Origin: Eledone cirrhosa
Lineage: Eukaryota
DNA: 64,000 bases
Assembly: GCA_964016885.1 (NCBI GenBank)
Contig: OZ024742.1
Coordinates: 55,738,001 to 55,802,000 of the forward strand
Direction: 5' to 3'
Below, one piece after another: positions 28,211 through 41,169 of this stretch. The position numbers were made by a program, and so were the translations under genes. A model generated the notes under the pieces. The model had not been told where the DNA came from. It searched no databases and saw only the letters and a program-made list of their open reading frames with translations. The stretch's first letter is position 1. Every line of letters starts with the position of its first letter.

Positions 28211-28628
28211 GTTGGTGATGTATATATGAATGTACGTATTGTGTATTTAATATTATACAGTATGTTTATGTTAAAGCATTTTAAAGGTCTTTCGCTACGA
28301 TCAGCTTCACTATTTAACCCCGTGTATATCCTGGCATCATTAGCTCCCCATGGAGGTTAGCTAGATATCTATCACCCTTTTAAATCCCTACTAGGGAAGT
28401 AAGCCCGTACTGAATTATATATATATATACGCACATACAAATTTATATACATGCACACGCACATAAAATTGCATGCGCGCATGGACGTTTCTGTAACGAT
28501 CATCTAGGTTCTTGAAACCTTTGGTGCTGGAATATTTATATTGTGTTGTTTATTATGTAATTAAATATCTTTGTATAGAGTAGTCTTTTTTTCCTTTATC
28601 TTTTCTACTGAAATACCTAACAGATACG

Positions 28629-28681
<53 letters not shown>

Positions 28682-29387
28682 ATATATATACTGCTCTAGT
28701 CTTTTTTAGCCCATGTTCCGCTTGCCAGCATGACTAGGAATTTGCGTTACGTTTCGCTTTTTCTACCCGCCGAAATGCGATTCGCGGTGAATTTATATTT
28801 GTATTAATCTCTCGAGTCTTACAATTAACATGTTAATAAATCTATTGACAAATTAATCGTATAAGTTTATTTTTAAAACTACCCGGTCGAGAGATTATTC
28901 GATTTGTGCTATTTATGCAATTTTTTGCATCGATTTACACATACTGAATTCATTTACCAAAATATGGTGTTTTTCCCCTGTGAGTTACGCATGTGTTTTT
29001 ACAAAACACTGTGTCTTCCACTTCACTGGCGCAGAACAAAATACGTGTTGATAACGTGATATTCATCATTCGATCATTATACCAAAAGCTTATTGTTTTA
29101 AGCAGACAGTATTATTGATTTAGGTGTCACAGAAACCCTGTACTGGATTTTACCATCAATTCCATGAGTCCAGATTTGTTATATATATATATGTCATATA
29201 TTTTGTCTGACCTGTTTTGCTTGACTTGATTTTTTGCTTAGGTGGTTTATGGCTTTTGACCTCCTCAGTTTTGTATGTTTATTGCTCTGGTCCGTTTTAG
29301 ACCATGGAGCGCTTGCTAGCATGACTCGGAATTTGCCTTACGTTTCGCTTTTTGTACCTCGCCGAAATGCCATTCTCGCTGAATTTA

Positions 29388-29449
<62 letters not shown>

Positions 29450-29452
<3 letters not shown>

Positions 29453-30836
29453 GATAATTAGAAACTCAGCAATGTCCAGTAGTGCTAAGTTTAATATTCT
29501 GATCGTAAATTTGGTACGAGTGATGAAGAATGTGTCCCGCATGTGCGACCCAACAGATATGGAAAGACACATCCAACACTTCATCAACCGCATGCAGTTC
29601 TCTGGCTACAACCAAAGAGACAGAGTCAGAGTATACGAAGGTGCCATGGAGAAGTATAAGACCCTCATAGAACTGGACATGAAAGGAATTTGCCCATTAT
29701 ACAGGAGCAAATCATGGAATAGCTTAGATAGGGCTAGACATAAGATAGGGAAAGCCACCTCATGATACGACAACCAGAGATACCAAAGTATCATGTTTGT
29801 GGACGCTACCCCTGGAGGGAAATTAGCTAACCAGTGTAGAAAGGCCCTGAGAAAGACCCACTTAAAAATAAAGGTGGTAGAAAAGCCAGGAACTACCATA
29901 AAATCCCTGATCAGCAAAACCTACCCTTTTAAGAAAACCCACTGTACCAATAGGAAGTGTATTATATGTAAGGTGAACCCCCGGATAAACTGTAAAACTA
30001 GAAACGTTGTCTATAGCATAAGATGTACAGAGGGTACTTGCAGAAACAAGACAACAACATACATAGGTGAGACAGCTCATAGCATAGGTGAAAGGATAGA
30101 CCAACACTGGGGGGAACTAAAAGGATGAAAAAACGGGTCAGTACTATACGAACATGCTAGACAACAACATGACGGTAACATAAACAACATAGAAATTAGA
30201 ATAATATCTAAACATAGAAATGACCCAGCAGATAGGCAAATCAGAGAGGCCAGTGAAATAGAAATTAGAAGACCAAGGCTAAACAGAAAGAATGAATGGA
30301 ATAACAACAACACCCAAACAAACAACACTGACCTAAAAGAAGTATAAATAAGTAAATAAAATAAAATAAATAAATAAATAAATAAATACATGCACAAGCA
30401 CAATAACAACAAGCACATACACACACACTAGTCACCCATAACACAGCAAACAAAACACTATACACACACGCAAACGCATGCGCAAAGAAGACAAAATAAA
30501 ATAAACAAACAAGCAAATAAATAAATAAATATATAGACAGACTGAATAAAAATGGCGTAGACATACAATACAACAGGAGGAAAATATAGCACCACTGACA
30601 ATGTTGCAGATGTGCAACGAAAGATTTATGATAAACTATATATATGTGTTTGTGTCTATATTGTATCTGTATTATTTTTGACCGCCGGTCAGTCAATGGC
30701 AACATTGAGGACCGAGTAAGTTAGATTACCGATATAAAAGACACAGAAGCGAGAAGCGAAAACCAACCAAACAGTGAGTGTGTTCTGTTATTAATTCTGG
30801 CAATATTACACAAATATGACCCTCCCCAAGTATAAC
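29450..30836 (+). mobile_element. Penelope-like element family B, 5'-truncated, two nonsense mutations
   Basis: Near-identical inverse of 15708-17095; TA-flanked. Confidence 0.92.
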
Positions 30837-30956
<120 letters not shown>

Positions 30957-30959
30957 GAG

Positions 30960-31017
30960 AGACGGTACAGTAACCCCTGATAATTGTTCACAGGACAGAG
31001 GGGTTACTGTACCGTCT
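30960..31017. repeat. Hairpin with perfect 19-bp arms
   Basis: AGACGGTACAGTAACCCCT...AGGGGTTACTGTACCGTCT. Confidence 0.9.
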
Positions 31018-31258
31018 AACTATGGGTGTAACTTTCCCCTCCTCTACCCTTTGTGACATTAACTTTTTGTCTCTCATCTCGCTCTCTTCTTCCCTTCTTA
31101 TTTAACGAGATATAAATTTGTTATAAATGTAAAAAAAAAGGCTCTGAAATAACAATTGAGACATGACTGCGAGGTATTGATAATTTCAATATGATGAACA
31201 TAATTCGGTTTTCTCAACCGCAATAAATTATATTATATCCTCAATTAAATGTATCCTT

Positions 31259-31776
31259 GAATATATTAAGTGTATACTATGGAAATTTTCACCACATTGT
31301 TACGTTTCGTTGGTACAACTCTCATGCCAATATATCATAACACAAAAACTAGTATCTTTTCCTTCTCTGAATTGTATATCGACTTCATCATATTTCTATG
31401 CATTACCTTGCAATATTCTGAAGGGAATGTTAAACCCGCAAAGTTTGAAAATAAATTCACCCTCTCTCCCTTCTTGTGGAACAATAAGACAAGTCACTAC
31501 ATGTATAAGATAAAATTGAATATATTAAGTGTATACTATGGAAATGTTCACCACATTGTTACGTTTCGTTGGTACAACTCTCATGCCAATATATCATAAC
31601 ACAAAGACTAGTATCTTTTCCTTCTCTGAATTGTATATCGACTTCATCATATTTCTATGCATTACCTTGCAATATTCTGAAGGGAATGTTAAACCCGCAA
31701 AGTTTGAAAATAAATTCACCCTCTCTCCCTTCTTGTGGAACAATAAGAGAAGTCACTACATGTATAAGATAAAATT
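31259..31776. repeat. Recent 259-bp tandem duplication
   Basis: Two near-identical units; the ORF pairs are offset by 259 bp. Confidence 0.95.
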
Positions 31777-32552
31777 ATCGTAATTTTCGAACATACGTAA
31801 AACATATTACGTCTGTCTCTAAACAATTTAAAATTATCATTTTAAGAAATAGATAAAATGTGTCATTAAGTCTTCCTCTAGATAGAAATTAATAAGTTTG
31901 AAAAAACTAACGTAAATAAAAAATGTAACTTACATTTCAGTCTCGAGCGACATAATATATGTGACAGTAATCATAAATAACATTGAGAATAATCCTTTTA
32001 AAATCAATATATAAAATTGCCATTAATTTGGACAGAAGCTAAAAAGCTATTAATACTGAGTATATTTTAACAAAATATCACGTGGTAAAACATTATTATA
32101 AAAATATATATTCTACACGAAAAAAAATTAATAACTTCAAAAAACTTTTATTCAAAGCACTAAATTACCAACTTATTGTAAATATTTATGAGTGGATGTT
32201 TTGCTATTTGATAGTTAAACATTTATATGCATTTAAATTTGCTATAATATTTTAATTTTGTATCGGTAATATAAAAAGGCATCTACAATGTATGTGTGAA
32301 GTTTTTACTCAAAATATCTTGTTTGAATATTTCATTTGTCTACACAACTCAGAGCCTGTTAAATATATTTAGATTCAGTTTAACGTGGCGTATTCTCGTG
32401 AAATATATTTTCATAAATATACCTTCTCCTTCACAAGCTCAATTAACTATCTAGCCTTGGCCTTATTAATTTAATTATGACATAAGCATAAATATAATGT
32501 TCCACTTATAACAGCTGAATAGAACATATGATCACTATATGTATGTATGTAT

Positions 32553-33068
32553 GTCAGGTCGCTTTTCAGCGCTACTGGCAATATGTAATCCAGTACAACC
32601 CGTGCATGGTCGTGTCCTCGGCGACTAAACCGGCAACCCCAACAAGCTTGCTTGGTGTAGAGGGTCATTTTGGACACCCTGTGGCTTGAAAAACAAAACC
32701 CGTCAAAGAGTAAACGGCCATCCAATAAAGATTTTCATTTCCTTTGTTTGTGGAGCGAGAGACAACTAGACATCTCTCTAGGAGAAGTTTAATCTCATAT
32801 AAACCTGCGACTTCGTTTGCTTCCATTGATGTAGAACAGTTTCTCATTTTGGGCAAATGCAGTCGATGTTTAGAGAGTGGGATTGGCTCTATTCAGAGAC
32901 TTTCCTCATTTAAAAAAAGCACAGGCATCGCTTGGTATGTGAGTGCTTTTGTGTTGCATGATTATGCTGGCCATATGCAAGTCCCTAGAAGGACTAAATA
33001 TCCACGTCAGTGATGCTCATGCCTAAGAATCAAGCGATGGCATTACTCGAAATCGAATGTCAGGAGTC
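32553..33068 (+). mobile_element. Non-autonomous RTE-related element (relative of 22978-24172)
   Basis: 5' CAGGTC..GCTACTGG.AA.ATGTA.CCAGTACAACC..CATGGTCG..GGCGACTAAAC.GGCAACC; 3' TACTCGAAA.CGA; (TATG)n on both sides. Confidence 0.7.
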
Positions 33069-33319
33069 ATGTATGTATGTATGTATGTATGTATGTATGT
33101 ATGTATGTATGTATGTATGTATGTATGTATGTATGTATGTATGTAGGAAACCTTATTGCAATGTCTTTTTTTTTTCTTGGCCCAATTCAATTATGTTCCA
33201 AAACAATATAAAAGAGATAATTGGCAATAAGTGTTCTGGAACAAAAGAGATAATTGGCAATAGGGCAGGGGCCCCAGGTTATCACAGACTAGGGTCGCTC
33301 GTCATCGTGCCACTGTAAT

Positions 33320-36300
33320 AGAGCCAAACAAGACATTTAGTCTTGGCTGCTTGGCATAGATCTTGACATCGTGGCTTTATCTGGAGGTTAGCTGGAGATG
33401 TTCATCTTACAGAATTTTGTGGAGAATATACATTCTTCTGGAAAGGAAGAGATGAAGGAACCAGAAGAGAGGCTGGGGTAGCATTTGCTGTTAAGCCTGC
33501 TCTTGTGGATAAATTAGAAGAACTCCCAGTGGGGATTAGTGAGCGTCTTATGTCCATGAGAATTCTGCTGGACAAAGAAAGATATGCGACCCTGGTGAGT
33601 GTGTATGCTACAACTATGAATTCTGTTGATGAAGAAAAAGTGTCCTTTTACCATGCCTTGAAACGTGTTTTAAGAAATATCCCTCAGGCAGACAAAGTCA
33701 TTGTGCTTGGTGACTTTAATGCTAGAGTGGATAGGGATTTTAACACATGAAATGTAATCAAAAGGCATGGGGTGGGAAAGTGTAACAACAATGGTATGCT
33801 CCTGCTGCAGATGTGTGAGGAGCTGGATCTGTGTGTTACCAAACCATGTTCCAACAAAATAACACATTTAAGACTACATGGATGCATCCTGCATCTAAGG
33901 TATGGCATCTTTTGGACTACGTCTTTGTCAGGATGCGTGACAGACGGAATGTGCAGTGTGTTCGTGCTCTTCGTGGAGCTGAGTGCTGGAAGGACCACCA
34001 CCTGGTACCAACAAAAGTAAAACTAATCACTAAACGTAAAATCGGGGCTCCTGGTGTTACCCTGCCCAGAAGATTGAAAGCTGCTCGACTTAGGGATAAA
34101 AATGTGAAGAGGACATTGCGAGACGAGATGTAGGTTGCAGATCTTGGTGAGGATTGGCCGACCTTTAAAAAGTCGTTTTATGATGTAGGCAGGCGTGTTC
34201 TGGGATTCGTGCAGAGAAAACATCAGGACTGGTTTAATGATAATGGTGAACATATAGAAGACTTGTTGGCTGATAAGAGGCGTGCTCTGTCACCCTACTT
34301 GACAGCAAAACTACAGGAGAAGAATATGTTGCATAAGGAATTCAAGGATGTGAAATCACGTGTTAGGCGGAGTCTTTCTCAGATGAAGGATTAGTGGTGG
34401 AGTGAGAAGGCTGATGAAATACAAGCTGCGTCAGATTCCAATAACACAAAGCTATTGTACAGTCTCTTGCGCGAATTTTAGGGACCGTCTTCTTCTCTGG
34501 TGACACCGCTTCGCAGCAAGAATGGCAAAGAACTTCTTCGTGACTCACAAGGAATTATACGAAGATGGCGAGAATCAGCCGTCTGTCGTCAATGAAGAGT
34601 TCCTCAATCTCATTCCAGAGAATCCTGTGAAAGTAGCTCTCGTAGAACCTCCGACGCTTGTGGAGGTTGCAGTAGCTCTCTCGAAGCTGAACAGTGGAAG
34701 GTCTCCAGGTATGGATGGCATACATGCAGAGCTCCTGCAATATGGTGGTGAGAGACTTCTGCAATACTCTTTTTTTGGCTGGATATGGGCTAATGTATCC
34801 GTACCTGAGGACTGGAGAGATGCAGTAATGGTGGTCTAGTAGAAGAGAAATGGTAACAGGAATGATTGTAGGAACTACAGAGGTATATCATAGCTTTCTG
34901 TCGCAGGGAAAGTCTTATGTAGGGTGCTTCTGAACCGTCTGCTGACACACATTGCAGATTGTGTTCTTCCTGAAAGTCAATTTGGTTTTCGTGCTGGTCG
35001 CGGCACTACTGATATGATCTTTTCAGCTAGACAGCTCCAGGAGAAGTGCACGGAACAAGGTTTGGATCTGTATCAGGTTTTGTCGATCTGACAAAAGCTT
35101 TCGATACTGTTAACTGAAATGCATTATGGTAGGTTCTCCAGAAACTTGGTTGCCCTGATAAGTTCCTTGCTTTGGTTAGGTCTTTCCATGACGACATGAA
35201 GGCTTGGGTTAATGTCGGAGGTAACATGTCGGAGCCTATCAGTAAAAAATGGAGTGACACAGGCGGATATTCCAGCACCGACCCTGTTTGCCATATACTT
35301 TGCAATAGTTTTCTATATTGCATTCAGGAATTGCTAGCATGGTGTTTATATCCAATATCGAACTTCAGGCAGCATATTTAACATGAGGCGCTTTGCTGCA
35401 AAAACAAAAGTATTTACATCAATAATAAGAGACCTCTTGTATGCAGATGATTGCGATCTTGTAGCGCACACAGAGAGTGATATGCAGAACATTTTGAATG
35501 CATTTTCTGATGCTTGCACTGCCCTAGGATTGACTGTCAGTCTCAAGAAAACCGTCAGCATGTACCAACCAGCCCTTGCTAAGCAGTACAGTGAACCAAA
35601 TATCTATGTGTATGGTAAACAACTTGGAGTGGTTGGTCAGTTTGTCTACCTGTCTACTGTCAATCGATACAGCAACCTTGATAATGAAACCCACTCAGGA
35701 TTAGGAAAGCAAGTGATCCTTTCGGAAAGCTAGAAAGGCGACTCTGGTGTCGGCGAGACATAAAAAGAAGACAACGGTAAAGGGGTACAAGGCATATGTG
35801 CTCTCTTCTCTTCTTTATGCCTGCGAGACCTTGGTCACATATCGACACAAACCTAAGCAATTGGAGCGTTTCCATTAGATGTATCTCAGACGGATCCATA
35901 GCCTTCACTGGAGGGACCACATCAGTGATGTCGAGATTTTGGAAAGCTCTCTGTGTGACAGTATAGAAGCTCTTGTAATGAAGCAAAAGCTCGCTTGGAG
36001 TGGTCACCTTGCCAGGATGAAGGATTCTAGAATACGAAAACAACTCTTTTATGGAGAGTTAGTTAAAGGAAAACGACCTCCACATAAACCAAAAAAGAGG
36101 TCTAAGGATTCCTTAAAAGCCTCTTTGAAAGACGCTAATATCTCTGCTGATACATGGGAAATTGTTGCTGCTGATCGTAATAAATGGAGAAAGACTGTAT
36201 ATGAGGGGAAAGTTGCCTTTGAGGCATCTCGAATCGCATACGAAAAAGTAAACGGGATGTGAGGAAGGGCATTACTGTTGCATTTCCAGACGGCGAATGT

Positions 36301-36620
36301 CCTCCTATGGCGTTGACATGCAGCGTCTGTGCGAGACTCTGCCTAAGCAAAGCTGGACTCGAAAATCATCTTCGCAGTCATAAAGTGAGACCAGTGGTTG
36401 ACTACCAGGCTGCTTTTGGAGATGCTACTCATCATGCCTGCCAAGCATGTGGTAGAGAATCTAAATAAGCAGGAGGGCTCAAACGACATACAAAAGTACA
36501 TGAACTACAACCACAGCCGGCTATTTCTAGTGAATGTTTTGGTTGGCAAATCTGGGCAAGACATTTTAGATCATTGGCAGGGCTAAAGAGCCACATTCGA
36601 TCGCCGCGCTGTTATTTGTT
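33320..36620 (+). mobile_element. RTE-clade LINE, near full length, degenerate (APE + RT + three C2H2 fingers)
   Basis: VIVLGDFNARV, TTWMHPASKVWHLLDYV, SPGMDGI, NYRGIS, LPESQFGFR, FVDLTKAFDTV, LLYADD, LAWSGHLARM, CSVC..HLRSH, CQAC..HTKVH, SLAGLKSHIR. Confidence 0.95.
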
Positions 36621-36650
36621 ATCGTGTGTGTGTGTGTAGATATGTTAGCG

Positions 36651-36702
<52 letters not shown>

Positions 36703-36719
36703 TGTTGTTGTTGTTGTCG

Positions 36720-37098
36720 TTATTATTATTGTTGTTATTGTCCTTTGAGTCTCAGTCATTGAGGTTAGTTAACTGGAAAGTTTTTTGAAATAAAATTAAC
36801 CGATACCAGGACTTAAAGTGGGAGGTAAAAAGGATCTGGAACTGCCATGAAGTCAAAGTGGTCCCGATTGTCATAGGCGCACTAGGTACTATCTCAAAGA
36901 GTTTCCAAGGATGGTTAAAGAAAATTAGTCCAGCCCCGCGTTTTGGAACACTTCAAAAGGCATGCTTGCTGGAAACAGCAAGAAACCTCCGATACGTCCT
37001 GAACATCTGGGTCTGCAGGTAGTGGCTTGATATTCAGTTCAACAAACTTTCCAGTTAAATAACATCAATGACTGAGACTCAAAGAACAATAATAATAA
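36720..37098 (+). mobile_element. R4/Dong-type non-LTR 3' fragment with an inverted copy of its own 3' end at the 5' side
   Basis: YQDLKWEVKRIW..VVPIVIGALG..LQKACLLETAR.LR.VL (REL C-terminus). 36735-36785 is the inverse of 37045-37090. (AAT)n-type tails at both ends. Confidence 0.85.
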
Positions 37099-37277
37099 TT
37101 GTTTCTACTTTAGGCACAAGGCCAGCAAAAACTCAGTGTATTACTGGTACTTTATTTTATCGACCCCGTAAGGATGAAAGGCAAAGTTAACCTCGGCGGG
37201 ATTTGAACTCAGACCGTAAAGGGACGTAACTCTATGCTTCAAAGCATGGTGTCCGAATCTCCACCGATACTGCCAAA
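37098..37277 (-). mobile_element. tRNA-derived SINE (family of 27165)
   Basis: Colinear with 27400-27575. Confidence 0.9.
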
Positions 37278-37279
37278 TG

Positions 37280-40200
37280 ATTTCATTTATTAGCCACATG
37301 GGACGACATATAGGAGACAAGACAAAGACAGGGACAGTGGGGGTTTACAATAAGATCGTGTAAAAGTGCACAATGGCAAGACTAATTTAACAATGAAGAT
37401 ATAAAAATATAAAATAAACTATGCATAAATATAACAAAATAAATTCCCCGATAGGGGGTGGAGGACCTGGGGTGACTCAGGTACCTCACCAATCCTGAAC
37501 CATCCTACGCTTCTAGGGCACCCAGGCAGATCACCACTAGGCGCATGGTCAGAGTAGCCCCATTCACACGGGCCATTCTAGGCACATTCATCCACCTTTT
37601 AGCAAATGTACTGGGGGGCAGCACCTCTCTCTCCACCCTCACCTTCCTTTCCAGGTGAAACTTGAAGAAGTTGATGAGGGACTGGCCGAAGATAAAAGTG
37701 TCTGTCTTCAGTCCTTTTAATCCTGTCCAGCATATAACCTCTTTCGCAAAGGCCACAAGACAGAGGAAAATGTCCTGCTCTTCCTGACCTAAGGAAGGCG
37801 GCGGGTCGATCTTTACTATGGACTCGGCCGATAGCCGAATTCGTTCCACACGCGACAGTAGTTGTTCGACATAACTCCACAAGTCAGTAATGCACGGACA
37901 TTGGACAAGCGCGTGCAGAACGGTTTCATCATTCTGTGCGCATCTTGAGCATGTCCGTCTGACACCACTTCTGTGCCTGTAAAGTTTATCCCGAACCGGC
38001 AGTGTCCCCCGTTAGCACTGCCAGGCGAGGAATTTCTGCAAATTGTTCAACGTCCCCGACTCGAAAGTCCTCCGGTACAGACTGGTCAGTTCGACTTCGT
38101 CGAGGCCCAAAGCTTCTCCGAGTACGTCATCGCACTTGCCCACCACTAATCCTCTATAGAACTCGAGATTGGAAGTTCCACTGATCGATTTGCTAGCTTG
38201 ATAGAGGGCAGTGAGTTTCTGGCAACATTCCAGGTGCCAGTCACCCAGTCTCGGTCACTTCTTGACCCAGGACTGCAGCTAAGTCAAAGAAACGAGCTGC
38301 GGAAAGGCCCGTCTGATAAACGGCGACTACACCTGTTCACCGTTTAGGCAGAATATCTGGAGATGTCGCAGCCTCAACGCATGACTGCGCATCATTAGCC
38401 ACGGCATGCCCAGCCCTCCGCGTAGAGGGTGCTGGCAGCAGAAGGACCGCCTCACCAACGGAACTTGTCCCATCCACAAGAATTTGAAGATGAGCCGTTC
38501 CAACTTGACGAGGCGCTGACGGGGGCAGGACACGACGGTCAGGCGGTAGTAGATGACGGACGCGATGTACGAATTCGCCACCTCCACGCGACCTTTCAGT
38601 GATAGCTTCCTCCCAGCCTATTTTTGGGTGAGACTGGCTACTCTGCTCTTTACCTCGTCCCAATTCTTTTCCACCTGGAGGTCTGGTCCGAACCTTACCG
38701 GTCCATCCGTCCAGCGCTCCAGGACGCTGTTGGACGGCATAGTCTTGCCTCTCCAGGTTCTGAGCTGCAAGCCCACCGACTTTTCCGGGTTAAGTTTGGC
38801 TCCTGTCACCTTTCATATTCCTTCAATAAGGTGCCTACCGCCATTACGGTGATGTCGTCTGCATAAACCGACACCGCTTTTCCACGTCCCGGTTCGAGCG
38901 GGATGCCCTGCAACAGCTCCAGCTTCCGCAGTAAATTCTCGAGAGTCAATACGTACAGAAGGGAAGGGAGAAGGCACCCTTGACGGACCGATCAGGAGAG
39001 CAGAAATGGTTCCGAGAGGTGGCCATTAAACTTGACCACCGAGTGTGTGCCGCTGTGCATTGCAGCGATCCAGCTTCTGAAGACAGAGCCGAAGCCAACC
39101 GCTTTGATTACAAACTCCAGATACAAATGGTCGACCCTATCGAATGCTTTCGATTTATCTAAATTGATCTGAGCCCCACCGAAGCCAGGTTTACACCCTA
39201 CCCTCTCTATGATGTATCGCATGAGGTGGAGATTGTCGTGGATGGACTTGGCTGGGATTGTGCAAGTTTGCACCTCCCCAACCAAATTCTCGACGACAAG
39301 CACAAATCTCTTTGCTAACACCTTGGCCAAAATCTTAAACTCTGTGTTGAACGGAGTTATGGGCCTGAACTTGTCTAATGTATCCCTCTTGTTCTCGTAT
39401 TTCCTTATTAGCATCACCACTCCCCCACTCACAGAACTAGGAATACTCCCATTCTGCTGCCAGTTGCAGTAGAGTGCTTCGAGGAGATCGGAGAACAAGT
39501 CTGGCATATTTACGTAAAGCTCGTAGGGCAGGCCATCCAGACCTGGTGATTTGCGCCTCATGCAGCCCACACAGGCGTCCTGAATTTCGGCCGAAGTAAT
39601 CGGCCTTTCGCAGCGCTCATCGCCGACCGTTGAGACGCGCGGCAAGCCGTCAAGGTAGCAACTGAAATCTGCTACTCTCTCTCACTCGCCACTCTCCCGG
39701 AACAACCGAGCAAAGTGCTGGCGAAACGCCTCACAGATCCGCTTGGAATCGCTTATCTCGTGTCCGTCTCGGTCCGCCAAAGACCGAATTGTAGTTTTAT
39801 TACCACGCTGCGCCTCCATCAAACAGCTTTCGTTCTCTCGTTTCTCAGCGCACGCGCCTTAGCTCTGACAATGCAACCTTCGTGTTTCGCATTGAAGAAA
39901 CGGTCTAATGCCATTCTCGCCGCTAGCACGCCAGTTGCAATGCCACTACAAATAGCCTCCTCTAACTTATCTATCAGCTCCCCCTGCTTTCTATTTTTCT
40001 CTAACGCTAGTTCTTTGCTGAACTCTATCGAAGTTACTCTAATCTCTCTTTTGAGAGCTCCCCCCCTTCCACACACACACACCATTTGTTGTTAATCATC
40101 CCCCCTGTCAACTTTTTCTTAACTAAATTGTTGATTCGGTCCCTGTAAGCCTTACGTGCTGGAAATGACATGTTCAGCTTCCAGTAACCCGGTCCCAAAC

Positions 40201-40725
40201 TACGCGTTTTATCTTGGTCGACCATACAGATCACAAATTTGTGATCTGAATAGGCGACCGTTTTAAAAAGGGGGCAGCCTACACTATTTCTATCTATTTT
40301 CCTAATGAAGATCCTGTCTATATACGATCTAGAAGACCCCATGCGGTTGGTCCATGTCCATACTGGCGTATTGGGGAAATCTAGTCGATACCTGTCAGAC
40401 AGTTGGAACTGGCTGATTGGGTTCTTAAGGCTTTTGCACACAAATCCCCCCCCCCCGCTCCTATCAGCTACACCCACACAATCCCAGCGTGCGTCTAAGA
40501 TGCCGTTCCAGTCCCCCGCTAACAGTAAAGGGCGAGACGTAGAAAGAAAGGTCTCCAGGCGCCTAAAGAAGTCCGACCATCCGGCCCCTGTAGGGGCGTA
40601 GATGGCTAGCAGTCTAAAGGCACCACCTTCGTTACTGCTCACATCCAAGACCACCAACTTACCGTCCTGGTCCCGGAAGATCGACCTTACCTCGAGATCC
40701 AGTCCTTTCCTAAACAGCACTACCA
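37280..40725 (-). mobile_element. L1/Tx1-clade LINE, 5'-truncated, degenerate ORF2
   Basis: APE (AIYAP, LAGDWN, WTW..IDR, SDH, GYWKLN); RT (SPGLDGLP, LDKSKAFDRVDH, VSVYADDIT); CCHC (CSRC....ETVLHALVQC). Confidence 0.95.
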
Positions 40726-40876
40726 CGTTGTTTACCGTTTCAAGATAAACAATTTCCATTGGGGGCGCGGGTGGGGGGTTGAAAGCGATTTTTTTTCGAA
40801 GGTTTTCGAAGTTTTTAAAAATAAAACTGTTCCCCTGTTCCCCCGCAGCCTTGTACGTCTTCATACATGTGCATCC

Positions 40877-40928
<52 letters not shown>

Positions 40929-41169
40929 TTAATAAGGGGAGGGTAGCGAAGATACAAATAGACTTAGTGACCCGGTCAAACGTCAACGACTGTGGCACTG
41001 CTGGCTCCCCTCTTCCCCATCAACAATAGAAAAAGCCCCAGCACCACCACCGACAGAACCAACAACACAACAGGCAACTTCAACAAAAAGTATATTATAT
41101 TATTAATAACAATTCCATTCTTAAGCCACGCAGTGCTCAATTTAAGGAACCTCTCATGATAATAGTAAT

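Noticed and set aside
28275-28350. Hammerhead-like CTAATGA...CGAAAGACCTT on the minus strand
   Set aside because: The core is mutated and no convincing helix I or II could be paired.
29760-30130. In-frame TGA codons as possible selenocysteine recoding (known in some PLEs)
   Set aside because: The sister copy has TGG (Trp) and CGA (Arg) at these positions, so they are ordinary nonsense mutations.
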